From Planctomycetota bacterium (GTDB taxonomy: Bacteria; Planctomycetota; UBA1135; UBA2386): a DNA stretch of 64,000 nt. The DNA is taken from the NCBI GenBank assembly GCA_016872675.1, contig VGZG01000009.1:1325-65324 (forward strand). The letters are read 5' to 3'. Positions 8,923 to 17,845 of the stretch are shown here, in pieces. Every line of letters begins with the position of its first letter. Within the stretch, counting starts at the first letter, position 1. The notes under the pieces are model-generated. The model was not told where the DNA came from. It searched no databases and saw nothing but the letters and a program-made list of their open reading frames with translations. The translations under genes were made by a program, and so were the position numbers.

Positions 8923-9993
8923 ATGACCGTCTGCGACCACCTCGTCGTCGGCGCTGGCGTGCACGGCTTGTGCACCGCCTTTTGGCTGGTCCAACGCCGT
9001 GCCGGCCGGATCGTCGTCTGTGATCAATTCGAACCTGGCCACGCCCGCGGCAGCTCGCACGGCGAGACCCGGATCACCCGCTCCTCGTACGACGACCCGA
9101 CCTTCGTCGCCATGGCGCAGGAGGCCCACCGCGATTGCTGGCCGGCGCTCGAGGCTGCCCTCGGCCGACCGCTGCGCCTCGCCACCCCCGGGGTGTTCTT
9201 CGGTCCGGCCGAAGGGCCGTTCGCCAGCTACGCGGGTGCGACGCTCGGCAGCGGCGCTGCCGTCGAGGCGCTGGACGTCGCCACCGCGCGCGCGAAGTTC
9301 CCATTGCTGCGCTTCGCCGACGACGACGGTGTGCTGCTCGACCACACCGCCGCCGTGGTGCTCGCTGCGGCGATGCTGCGAGGGCTGGCCGCGTGGCTGA
9401 CGGAGCATGGGGTCGACATGCGCTGGAACACGCCGGTGAGCGCGCTCGCGGTCGCGGCCGGCGGCGTGGTCGCGACGACGCCGACCGGGACCGTCCACGC
9501 GCGCACCGCGACGCTCGCGACGGGGCCCTGGACCGGGCGGCTGCGCGCAGCCGCCGCAGGTCGGCTCGCGGTGCAACCGCAGGAAATCGGCTACTTCGCC
9601 GCCGCGAACCCGGCCGCCGCGACTCCTGGCGTCTTTCCGGTATGGGCCCGGATCGGCCGCACCGCCGAGGACTTCCACTACGGCCTGCCCGACGTCGGCA
9701 GAGGCCTCAAGCTGGCCTTGCACCGCACCACCGGCCCCGCAGTCGATCCCGACGCCGTGCTGCCGCCGGTCGATGAGCCGGCGCTGCGGGCGCTGGCCGC
9801 CGCGCGCTTCGCCGCGCCGACGCAGCTGCGGCGCAGCGAGCGCTGCCTCTACACCATGGCCGACGGCCACGCTCTGCGCGTCCAGCGCGCAGCCGACGCG
9901 CCGGTCGTGACCATCGCCGCCTGCAGCGGCCACGCCTTCAAGTTCGGCCCCCTGCTCGGCCGCCGCGCCGCCGACCTCGCGTTGGCGACCTGA
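8923..9993 (+). CDS. FAD-dependent oxidoreductase (sarcosine oxidase / DAO-like family)
   Basis: N-terminal dinucleotide-binding motif DHLVVGAGVHGLCTAFWL. Overall MSOX/SolA-like layout, with SGHAFKFGPLLG near the C-terminus. Confidence 0.8.
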   Translation: MTVCDHLVVGAGVHGLCTAFWLVQRRAGRIVVCDQFEPGHARGSSHGETRITRSSYDDPTFVAMAQEAHRDCWPALEAALGRPLRLATPGVFFGPAEGPFASYAGATLGSGAAVEALDVATARAKFPLLRFADDDGVLLDHTAAVVLAAAMLRGLAAWLTEHGVDMRWNTPVSALAVAAGGVVATTPTGTVHARTATLATGPWTGRLRAAAAGRLAVQPQEIGYFAAANPAAATPGVFPVWARIGRTAEDFHYGLPDVGRGLKLALHRTTGPAVDPDAVLPPVDEPALRALAAARFAAPTQLRRSERCLYTMADGHALRVQRAADAPVVTIAACSGHAFKFGPLLGRRAADLALAT

Positions 9994-10043
9994 CCGCCGG
10001 TCCGTCGTTGCGCTGGACCGCGGCGACGGCGATCGTGTGCAGT

Positions 10044-11597
10044 ATGAACCCGGCGCAGATCGCGCGCATGCTCGCTGGCTTCGCGACGTTCTTCACGATC
10101 GCGCAGCTGCCGCCGCTCGTCGTCGCGCTGCAGGAGCCGAACGACGGGCGCTTCGCCACAGCCGCCGGCTTCCTGGCCAGCATCGCGCTCGGCGCCGTCG
10201 TCGCGCTGCTGCTGCGCCTGGGCAGCCGCGGCGACCATGGCGCGATCTTCCGTAAGGAAGCGATCGCCGTCGCCGGTTTGTCGTGGGTGCTCGCCGGTCT
10301 CCTCGGCGCCGTGCCGTTCCAATGGTCTGGCCTGCTGCCGTCCGCCGCGGACGCGGTGTTCGAGACGGTCAGCGGCCTGACGACGACCGGCGCTTCCGTG
10401 CTGGGCACCGGCGCCAACCCGCCGGTGCTCGAAGCGCCGCCGAGCCTGCTGCTGTGGCGCGCGCTGCTGCAGTGGATCGGCGGCATCGGCATCATCCTGG
10501 TGTTCGTCGCGCTGCTGCCAGCCATGGGCGTGACGGGCAAGAATCTACTGACGTCGGAGTCGGTCGGCGTGGCGACGCAGTCGTTCCAGCCGCGCGCAAT
10601 CGAGAAGGCGCGCGTCATCGGACTGATCTACGCCGCGCTGACGGCCGGGTGCGCGATGCTGCTCGTCTGGGTCGGCGGCTTCAGCTGGTTCGAAGCCATC
10701 TGCCACGCGTTCTCCGCGCTGGCGACGGGTGGCTTCTCGACGCGCGAGTCGATCGCCGCATTCGACAGCCTCGGCGGTGAGATCGTGCTCACGGTGGCGA
10801 TGTTCCTCGCCGGCGGCTCCTTCGCCTTCCTCGCCGCCCATTGGCGCGGCGGCTGGCAGACGGTGCGCCATCTCGCGCGCTCGGGCGAGTTCCGCATGTA
10901 CACGCTCTCGACCGCGGTCGTGGTCGGAGTCTGCACGCTGGCGCTCTGCCGCGCCGGCATGCCGTTTGGCCCGGCGCTGCGGCAGGCGTCGTTCAACGGC
11001 GTCAGCGTGCTGACCTCGACCGGCTACGCGACGAGTGACTTCCAGGCTTGGCCGACGATGGCGTTGCTCGTGCTGTTCAGCGCCATGTTGGTCGGCGGCT
11101 GCTCCGGGTCGACCGCCGGTGGCATGAAACAGGTCCGCCTGCTCGTGATCCTCAAGCTGCTGGGCTACACGATCCGGCAGTTCGTGCGGCCGAAGATCGT
11201 CGAACGCATCAAGATCGACAACGAGCCGCTGCCCGCGATCGTGATCTCGTCGGCGCTGGCGATCGCGCTGATGTGGCTGCTGACGATCTGCGCTGGCGCC
11301 TTCGTGCTGTCGTTCGACGAGCGGTTCAGCTTCATCGGCGCGCTTTCCGCCAGCGCGACCATGGTCTGCAACTGCGGCCCGGCGTTCTCGACCGTTGATC
11401 CGGCGACGATCGCGCAGGCGCTGACGCCGGGCGGCGTCGCGGCGACGCTGGCCGGCGAGCCCAACTTCGGCCCATTCGGCGGCTACGGCGGCCTGTCGGC
11501 CTGGACCAAGGCGGTGATGACCGCGCAGATGCTGCTCGGCCGCCTCGAGCTGCTGACGCTGCTGGCGCTGTTCAGCCCGAACTTCTGGCGCCGCTGA
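10044..11597 (+). CDS. trkH: TrkH/KtrB-family potassium uptake membrane protein
   Basis: Polytopic protein with repeated selectivity-filter-like segments (TTTGASVLG, ATGGFSTRES, LTSTGYATSD, GSTAGGMKQVRL). ATG 10044 chosen inside track ORF 10008... Confidence 0.88.
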   Translation: MNPAQIARMLAGFATFFTIAQLPPLVVALQEPNDGRFATAAGFLASIALGAVVALLLRLGSRGDHGAIFRKEAIAVAGLSWVLAGLLGAVPFQWSGLLPSAADAVFETVSGLTTTGASVLGTGANPPVLEAPPSLLLWRALLQWIGGIGIILVFVALLPAMGVTGKNLLTSESVGVATQSFQPRAIEKARVIGLIYAALTAGCAMLLVWVGGFSWFEAICHAFSALATGGFSTRESIAAFDSLGGEIVLTVAMFLAGGSFAFLAAHWRGGWQTVRHLARSGEFRMYTLSTAVVVGVCTLALCRAGMPFGPALRQASFNGVSVLTSTGYATSDFQAWPTMALLVLFSAMLVGGCSGSTAGGMKQVRLLVILKLLGYTIRQFVRPKIVERIKIDNEPLPAIVISSALAIALMWLLTICAGAFVLSFDERFSFIGALSASATMVCNCGPAFSTVDPATIAQALTPGGVAATLAGEPNFGPFGGYGGLSAWTKAVMTAQMLLGRLELLTLLALFSPNFWRR

Positions 11598-11603
11598 CGC
11601 CCG

Positions 11604-11624
11604 CGGCGCCGACGGGCGGCGCCG
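11604..11624. terminator. Candidate bidirectional intrinsic-terminator hairpin between convergent trkH and der
   Basis: CGGCGCCG-ACGGG-CGGCGCCG forms a perfect 8-bp GC stem in the 39-bp gap between the two stop codons. No U-tract follows it. Confidence 0.3.
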
Positions 11625-11636
11625 GCCACGCGCCGC

Positions 11637-12968
11637 TCAATCGCCGCCGAGGACGACCTTCTCGCGACGTTTCCAGGACACCTTGATCGGCACCTCGGGG
11701 CAGTCAAACGCCTCGCGCAACTGCTGCACCAGGAAGCGCTCGTACTGGCCGCGGAATAGCCGCGGCTCGTTGACGAAGATCAGCACCTGCAAGGGCTCGG
11801 TGCCGACCTGCGTGCCGTAGAACATCTTCGGGAAGTGACCGCCGGCGCTTGGCAGCTGGCGGTCGCGAGCATCCTGCAGCACGCGGTTCAGGCGCGCCGT
11901 CGGTATCTCGACCTTGGTCTGGTCGCGCAATTCGAACAGCAGTTCGAGCATGCCGTCGACATTCATGCCGTCCTTCGCCGACATGAACACGACCGGAGCG
12001 TGGTCGAGGCCCGGCAACTGCTGCTTGATGTAGGCGTCCCACTTCTTCAGGTCGAGCTCAGGCGCGAGGTCGACCTTGTTGCCGACGAGGATGACCGGCT
12101 TGTAGTGCTCGACGCAGTACGCGGCGAGGCTCTTGTCGACCTGACTGATCGGCTCGCGCACGTCGAACATGTGCACGCAGACATGGCTGCGGCGGATGCT
12201 GTCGTTGCTGCGCGAGTGCGCGAACAGTTCGATCGCGTGCTCTAGGCTCTTCTTCTTGCGCACGCCGGCGGTGTCGATCGCCAGCAGCTTCTTGCCGTCG
12301 AACTCGAACGCCACGTCGACGGCGTCGCGGGTCGTTCCCGGGATCTCCGAGACGATCACGCGCTCCTCGCCGGCGAGCTGGTTGAGCAGCGTCGACTTGC
12401 CGGAGTTGCGCTTGCCGACGATCGCGAAGCGCAGCACGTCGCCCTCAGCGGCGTCCTCCTCGTCGACCTTGGGCGGCAAGTGCGCGAGGATCGCCTCGAG
12501 CAGCACGCTGGCGCCGAAGCCTTCCTTGGCGCTGACCGAAATCGGGTCGCCGAAGCCAAGCCGCTGCCATTCAGGCAGCGCGATCTCTTCGTGATGCGCC
12601 TCGACCTTGTTGGCCACCAGCAACACGGTCTTGCCGAGCGGGCGCAGCCGGCGCGCGACCATGTCGTCGCCGGGCACCTTGCCCTCCTTGCCGTCGACGA
12701 CGAACACCACCACGTCCGCGGTCGCCAGCGCGACCTCGATCTGCGACTCGATGTGGTCCTTGAGCTGCTCCTCGTCGACGAGGCCAAGACCGCCGGTGTC
12801 GACCAACTCGAACGAGCGGTCGCCGGAGCGAACGGCGACCGCGACCCGGTCGCGGGTGACACCGGCAGTCGGCTCGACGATCGAGACGCGGCGCCCGCAT
12901 AGCCGGTTGAGCAGGCTCGACTTGCCGACGTTCGGACGGCCGACGATGGTGACGCGGGGGATGGCCAC
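11637..12968 (-). CDS. der: Ribosome-associated GTPase Der/EngA (tandem GTPase domains)
   Basis: Two G domains (GRPNVGKSSLLNRL...DTGG...NKVE, then GKRNSGKSTLLNQL...DTAG...NKVD) plus a KH-like C-terminus. GTG 12968 (VAIPRVTIVGRPNVGKS) matches the usual Der N-terminus. The track start 13067 is the alternative. Confidence 0.92.
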   Translation of the reverse strand: MAIPRVTIVGRPNVGKSSLLNRLCGRRVSIVEPTAGVTRDRVAVAVRSGDRSFELVDTGGLGLVDEEQLKDHIESQIEVALATADVVVFVVDGKEGKVPGDDMVARRLRPLGKTVLLVANKVEAHHEEIALPEWQRLGFGDPISVSAKEGFGASVLLEAILAHLPPKVDEEDAAEGDVLRFAIVGKRNSGKSTLLNQLAGEERVIVSEIPGTTRDAVDVAFEFDGKKLLAIDTAGVRKKKSLEHAIELFAHSRSNDSIRRSHVCVHMFDVREPISQVDKSLAAYCVEHYKPVILVGNKVDLAPELDLKKWDAYIKQQLPGLDHAPVVFMSAKDGMNVDGMLELLFELRDQTKVEIPTARLNRVLQDARDRQLPSAGGHFPKMFYGTQVGTEPLQVLIFVNEPRLFRGQYERFLVQQLREAFDCPEVPIKVSWKRREKVVLGGD

Positions 12969-13297
12969 AGGAAGGGGGCGAAGAGGATACGGAACGGCGG
13001 CGGTGGCGCCAGCCGCGACGCCGGATCCCTTGGGGCGCCCGCATGGCGACGATCCCCCCATCCGCACAACTGCACCGGTGGGCTACGCACACGTCGCAGC
13101 GTCCGGAACGAATGGCGTTCGCAGCGGAATTCTATCGTGGGAACGCCAATTGCGGGACATCCCCTGCGGTTCAAGTCGGACCGGCACGACGCTGATCAAC
13201 CGCGGCGATGGTCCGACCACCCGATCGGAGACCCAAGACGATGCTGGCATACAGGACGGCGATCATTCCCTCCCCCAACAAGGTCCCGAACGCCGCG

Positions 13298-13903
13298 ATG
13301 ACGACGCCGCTGGTGCGCGTCATCGAGGATGACACGCTCATCCGAAGCCAGTTCGCCCGCCTCGACGGCGCGCGCGGCTTCGCGGTGGCCACCTTCGGCG
13401 CCGCCGGCGACTTCCTCAAGGACTGCGACGACCACCGGCCCGGCTGCCTCGTCATCGACCTCGTGCTGCCCGACATGTCGGGAATCGACCTGCTGAAGGA
13501 ACTCGCGCAACGGGGGTGCAAGCTGCCGGTCGTTTTCATGAGCGGCATGGCGAAGGTCTCCGAGGCGGTCAAGGCGATCCAGCTCGGCAGCATCGACTTC
13601 CTCGAGAAGCCATTCGCGATGGCGCAGATGGTCGACGCCGTGCAGAAGGCGGTCGCGCTCGACCGCCAGCGCCGCGAGGCCAGCCACGGCCGCGACGAGA
13701 TCCGCCGCCGCTTCGCGTCGCTGACGCCGCGCGAGACGGAGGTCATGGACCTGATCGTGCAGGGCGCCGCCAACAAGGGAGTCGCCGCGCGCCTGGGCCT
13801 CAGCTCAAAGACCGTCGAGGCCCACCGCGCCAACGTGATGCGCAAGACGCGCGCCAACTCGCTGGCGGAGCTGGTCCGTATGCACATCGCCGCCAAGGAG
13901 TGA
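13298..13903 (+). CDS. Response regulator, receiver + LuxR/FixJ-type HTH
   Basis: Receiver domain (VRVIEDD..., CLVIDLVLPDMSGIDLL, VVFMSG, DFLEKPF) and LuxR HTH (LTPRETEVMDLIVQGAANKGVAARLGLSSKTVEAHRANVMRK). ATG 13298 chosen inside track ORF 13208... No histidine kinase is adjacent. Confidence 0.88.
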   Translation: MTTPLVRVIEDDTLIRSQFARLDGARGFAVATFGAAGDFLKDCDDHRPGCLVIDLVLPDMSGIDLLKELAQRGCKLPVVFMSGMAKVSEAVKAIQLGSIDFLEKPFAMAQMVDAVQKAVALDRQRREASHGRDEIRRRFASLTPRETEVMDLIVQGAANKGVAARLGLSSKTVEAHRANVMRKTRANSLAELVRMHIAAKE

Positions 13904-13967
13904 CGCGCCGGAAGGGCGCGGATGGCGCGCGCCCCAGGCCCGCGATCGCGCCGCACGCGCCCGGGGA

Positions 13968-13994
13968 CCCAAGGCCGCTGAGGGCCGCCTTGGG
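13968..13994. terminator. Candidate hairpin between convergent response-regulator and thioredoxin genes
   Basis: CCCAAGGC...GCCTTGGG forms an 8-bp stem, with 2 further inner pairs after a C/C mismatch. No U-tract follows it. Confidence 0.25.
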
Positions 13995-14015
13995 ACTTCG
14001 AGGCCGTCCAGGGGC

Positions 14016-14801
14016 TCAGTACAGCAGCGTTGCGAGCCGACGCCGGTAGTCGTCGAGCATCTCGTCGTCTTCGCCGACCAGCGTGAAGCAAGCAAGCATC
14101 GCCTTGCGCGCAAGGCCCTGGCGGAAGCCCTTGTCGGCCGCCACCGACGCCAGCAATGCGTCGAGCGCCGCGGGCACTTCGCCTTCGGCCAGCGCCGCAC
14201 GCGCGCCGAGCAGTCGTTCCGCCGCCGTCCCGCCCTCGGCGAGCGCGGCCTCGAGCCAGTCGGCGCCGCCGAGCAGTCGCTGCACCGAGACGAAGCGATC
14301 GTCCTCCTCCGGAAAGCCCTCGGCCGCCGCGCGCAACGCCATGGCGTCGCCGGCGGCAAAGGCTTCGCGAGCGCGCTCGAAGCGGGCCGCCGGGCTGTCG
14401 GGGTCGACCGGTGGCGGCGGCGGCGCCGGCGCAGCGGCCGCCGCTTCCGGCAGCACGATCGGTTCGATGCCGTTGCGCTGCAGGAAGCGCCGCAGCTCCG
14501 CCTCCGGCAAGACCCCCTGGAACGCATCGACCGGCCGGCCGCCGTCGACCAGCACGACGAACGGGATGCCCTGCACCTGGAAGGCGTAGGCGAGATCCTG
14601 TTCCTTGTCGGCGTCGACCTTGCCAAGCACGAAGGCGCCGTGGTGCTCGGCGGCGAGCTGCTCAAGCATCGGGCCGAGTTGCCGGCACGGGCCGCACCAG
14701 GTGGCCCAGAAGTCGAGCAGGACGGGACGGGTCATCGATTGCTCGACGACATCCTTCTGGAAGTTGGCGGCGGTGATGTCGCGGACGTGGCTTGCGGCCA
14801 T
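14016..14801 (-). CDS. Thioredoxin-domain protein with C-terminal TPR-like domain (YbbN/CnoX architecture, active CGPC retained)
   Basis: FWATWCGPCRQLGP active site, followed by a proline linker and a helical C-terminal half ending ...DDYRRRLATLLY. ATG 14801 (MAASHVRDITAANF) is preferred over the track start 14837. Confidence 0.85.
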   Translation of the reverse strand: MAASHVRDITAANFQKDVVEQSMTRPVLLDFWATWCGPCRQLGPMLEQLAAEHHGAFVLGKVDADKEQDLAYAFQVQGIPFVVLVDGGRPVDAFQGVLPEAELRRFLQRNGIEPIVLPEAAAAAPAPPPPPVDPDSPAARFERAREAFAAGDAMALRAAAEGFPEEDDRFVSVQRLLGGADWLEAALAEGGTAAERLLGARAALAEGEVPAALDALLASVAADKGFRQGLARKAMLACFTLVGEDDEMLDDYRRRLATLLY

Positions 14802-15114
14802 GGCGCCGTCTGTAGGTGGCGGAGGCCCGCCGGTCAACGCATCGCCGACTTGTCGTTACGCCGCCGCCACACTGCCCTCCCGGCAACGCGATCGCGGCGG
14901 CCCCCGGCGCCTGGCACGGCATTTGGACATGCCGCATGCCGGCCCGGAGCCGTGCGGTCCGCGTCGGGCCACACGCGAATCTGGCGACCCGCTCCGGGCC
15001 GGCGATTCCCTGCGCGCGGCCGCCTCAGCGCACCCGCGGCCGGCGACGGCGCCAAGCCAGAAACCGGGCTTTCCGTCCCGGGCAGATTGGCCGGCTGCGC
15101 GCCGGAGTTACGCT

Positions 15115-16032
15115 ATGCACCGCGGTCCCTGCCACCGCCGCCCCACGCTCGCGATGCTCCGCGCCTTCCTCTCGCCGTTCGCCATCGCGACGCTCGCCGC
15201 CGCCGCCGTCTGCCAGACCGAACCGGCGCCAGCGCCCGGCGGCCTCGACGGTCTCGCCGCGCGCGTCGACGCCGCCCACCGCCCCGACGGCCCGACGCCG
15301 GCGGTCACGGCACTGAAGGGAGCCGTCGAGCTGCATTACGTCGCGCGCGACGCCGAGCAGCGCGGCCAGGTCGACCTCGACCTGCGCTACCTCGAATGGA
15401 CGCGGCCGGGCGGCACGAAGGTCGTCCCGCTGCTGCGCTACGAGGTGAAGCAGGCCGGCGCGCCGGTGGTGCGCGGTCGCGACCGCAACGGGCCGTGGCA
15501 ACTGGTCAAGGGCGAGCCGCGCGACCTGCTCGCCGCTGACGCCGCCCAGGACCTCGCCGAGCACGAGCGCCGGCAGACCCTCGTGCGCCAGTTGCTGCGC
15601 TTCCTCGCCCCGGGCGACGTGCTGCGCACGCTGCAGCAGGCCGGGCCGATCACGCGCGAGGACCTCGAAGTCGCGCGCGCCACCAGGGTCGCCTGCGTCA
15701 CGGTTACGGGCACGCTGCCGGCGTTTCCCTTGCTGCGCCAAGGCGGCGACGACGCGCCAGCGCAGTTGAAGGTCTGGATCGACGCTGCCACGAACCGCTT
15801 GCTCGCGGTCGACGCCGCGCCGATGCAGGACGGCAAGCCTGACGTCGCCGACGGCGAACGCGTGCGGCTGACCGACCTGCGCGCCCGCGACGGCCTGCTG
15901 GTCCCGGGCGAGGTCCTGCACCTGTTCACGGGCGCCGACGGCAAGTACGCGCTACAGACGCGCGCGGTCATCACGACGCTGCAACTGCGCCCGGAGTTGA
16001 AGGCCGAGGACTTCGACCGCAGCCGCGGCTGA
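15115..16032 (+). CDS. Hypothetical secreted protein
   Basis: This is the 3' part of track ORF 14605..16032. Signal-like segment MLRAFLSPFAIATLAAAAVCQ (alternative start ATG 15154). The composition is non-artefactual. No family recognised. Confidence 0.6.
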   Translation: MHRGPCHRRPTLAMLRAFLSPFAIATLAAAAVCQTEPAPAPGGLDGLAARVDAAHRPDGPTPAVTALKGAVELHYVARDAEQRGQVDLDLRYLEWTRPGGTKVVPLLRYEVKQAGAPVVRGRDRNGPWQLVKGEPRDLLAADAAQDLAEHERRQTLVRQLLRFLAPGDVLRTLQQAGPITREDLEVARATRVACVTVTGTLPAFPLLRQGGDDAPAQLKVWIDAATNRLLAVDAAPMQDGKPDVADGERVRLTDLRARDGLLVPGEVLHLFTGADGKYALQTRAVITTLQLRPELKAEDFDRSRG

Positions 16033-16045
16033 CGCCGACGGCGCG

Positions 16046-17845
16046 TCAGCAGCGGCGGCGGAAGTAGCGCTCCAGCTCCGGCCCGGTGAACGTCAACACC
16101 GTCGGCCGTCCGTGCGGACAGTTGTGCGGGTGCTCCAGCCGCGCTGCGTCGACGAGCAGTTGTTGGATCTCGGCGTCGTTCAGTCGGTCGCCGCTCATCA
16201 CCGCCGACCGGCACGCCATCGAGTGGAAGCGGTCGGCGAGCGCTTCTCGCACCGGCGCCATGCCGGCGGTCTCGTCGCCAACGACGAGCGAGCGGACCAG
16301 CTTCCTGGCGTCGAGCCGCGCCAGCACGGTCGGCACCGCGTGCACGGCGATCGCCCCGGGGCCGAAGGGCGCGACGTGCAGTCCCTCCTGCTGCAGGGCC
16401 TCCTGCGCCGCCTCGAACCAAGCCAGTTCGGCCGGTGTCACCTCCACCACCGTCGGCACGAGCAGCCGCTGGCTCTGCACCGCACGCGCCGCGTGCTGCT
16501 GCCGCAGTTGCTCGTACATGACGCGTTCGTGCAGCGCATGCTGGTCGACGACCATGAGGCCGTCCTGGCCCTCAAGCAGCAGATAGAGGTCCATCACCTG
16601 CAGGTAGCGACCGGTGACGCGCTGGAACGGGTTGAGCCGCGACACGACAGGAGGCGTCGACGCGGCGGCGCCGCGCGCGAATGCCGGCGCTGGAGCGGCC
16701 ACGGGCTCGCGCACGACGTATGGCTCGGCGCCCGCAGCCGACGGCGGCGGCGGGGGCAGCACGGCGTCGCCGAACAGCGACGGCGGCAGCTGCGGGAACC
16801 CGCTGCGCGCGCGTGGCATGTCCGGCGCGATCACCACGCCGCCGGCGGCCATCGGCAGGCCGAGCCGCCCCAGCAGCGCCGCGCGCACGGTCTCGTGCAA
16901 CCGCCCTGCGACCATGCGAGCCTCGACGAAGCGCACTTCCGCCTTGCGCGGGTGGATGTTGACGTCGACCTGATCAGGCGGCAGCGCGACCTGTAGCGCG
17001 TAGATCGGGAATCGCCCGCCCATCAGGTACTCGCGGAACGCCTGCCGCACGGCGTGCAGCGAACTGCTCTCGCGCGCGAGGCGTCCGTTGACGAACATCA
17101 ATTCCAGTTTGCCGTCGCGGCGCGCGAGGTCGGGCTCGGCGACGAGGCCTTCGACCTTCATGCCGTCGAACGCGCGCGACACCGGCAGCAGGCCCTTGGC
17201 CAGTTCCTCGCCAAAGCAGCGCGCGAAGCGCTGCGCCAGCGACTCGTCGCGCGGCAGGCGCAGGATCTCGCGGTCGTCGCCAACGAGCGTGAAGTCGACG
17301 TCGAGCCGCGCCAGCGACAGCTCGGCGATCAGCTCCTGGATGCGCGCGCGTTCGGCCGAAGCCGACTTGAGGAAGCGCCGCCGCGCCGGCACGTTGAAGA
17401 ACAGGTCGCGCACCTCCATGCGCGTGCCGGCCGGAGCGCCGCATGGCTGCGGCGACGTCTCGACACCGCCCTCGCAGCGCACTTCCCAACCTTCCTGTGC
17501 ATCGTGGCGGCGCGACAGGATGCGGCAGCGCGCGACGGCGCCGATCGACGCCAGCGCCTCGCCGCGAAAGCCGAGGCTGCCGATGTGATCGAGGTCGGCG
17601 ACGCCCTGGAGCTTGCTGGTGGCGTGGCTGGCGAATGCGAGCGGCAGGTCCTCGGGCAGGAAGCCGTCGCCGTCGTCGATGACGACGATCGCCTCGGCGC
17701 CGCCGGCGCGCAGCTCGACGCGGATACGCCGAGCGCCGGCGTCGAGCGCGTTCTCGACCAGTTCCTTGACGACCGACGACGGCCGCTCGACGACCTCGCC
17801 GGCGGCGATTTGATTGACGACCTCGGGCGGCAACTTGCGGATCAC
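16046..17845 (-). CDS. mutL: DNA mismatch repair protein MutL (endonuclease-type)
   Basis: IRKLPPEVVNQIAAGEVVERPSSVVKELVENALDAGA (GHKL ATPase N-terminus). C-terminal endonuclease motif VVDQHALHERVMYEQL. GTG 17845 forms a GTGA overlap with the holA-like stop. Confidence 0.93.
   Translation of the reverse strand: MIRKLPPEVVNQIAAGEVVERPSSVVKELVENALDAGARRIRVELRAGGAEAIVVIDDGDGFLPEDLPLAFASHATSKLQGVADLDHIGSLGFRGEALASIGAVARCRILSRRHDAQEGWEVRCEGGVETSPQPCGAPAGTRMEVRDLFFNVPARRRFLKSASAERARIQELIAELSLARLDVDFTLVGDDREILRLPRDESLAQRFARCFGEELAKGLLPVSRAFDGMKVEGLVAEPDLARRDGKLELMFVNGRLARESSSLHAVRQAFREYLMGGRFPIYALQVALPPDQVDVNIHPRKAEVRFVEARMVAGRLHETVRAALLGRLGLPMAAGGVVIAPDMPRARSGFPQLPPSLFGDAVLPPPPPSAAGAEPYVVREPVAAPAPAFARGAAASTPPVVSRLNPFQRVTGRYLQVMDLYLLLEGQDGLMVVDQHALHERVMYEQLRQQHAARAVQSQRLLVPTVVEVTPAELAWFEAAQEALQQEGLHVAPFGPGAIAVHAVPTVLARLDARKLVRSLVVGDETAGMAPVREALADRFHSMACRSAVMSGDRLNDAEIQQLLVDAARLEHPHNCPHGRPTVLTFTGPELERYFRRRC

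Noticed and set aside
13130-13180. tRNA-like T-loop string GGTTCAAGTCG in the der / response-regulator intergenic region
   Set aside because: The flanking bases cannot form a T-stem (TGCGG versus CGGAC), and no acceptor or anticodon arms could be drawn. It is not a tRNA.
14922-14936. Sigma-54-like promoter CTGGCACGGCATTTGGA upstream of the 15115 gene
   Set aside because: The -24 GG element and the spacing fit, but the conserved -12 GC is GG here. No enhancer-binding protein is nearby, and the site lies about 180 nt from the start codon. This is too weak to call.
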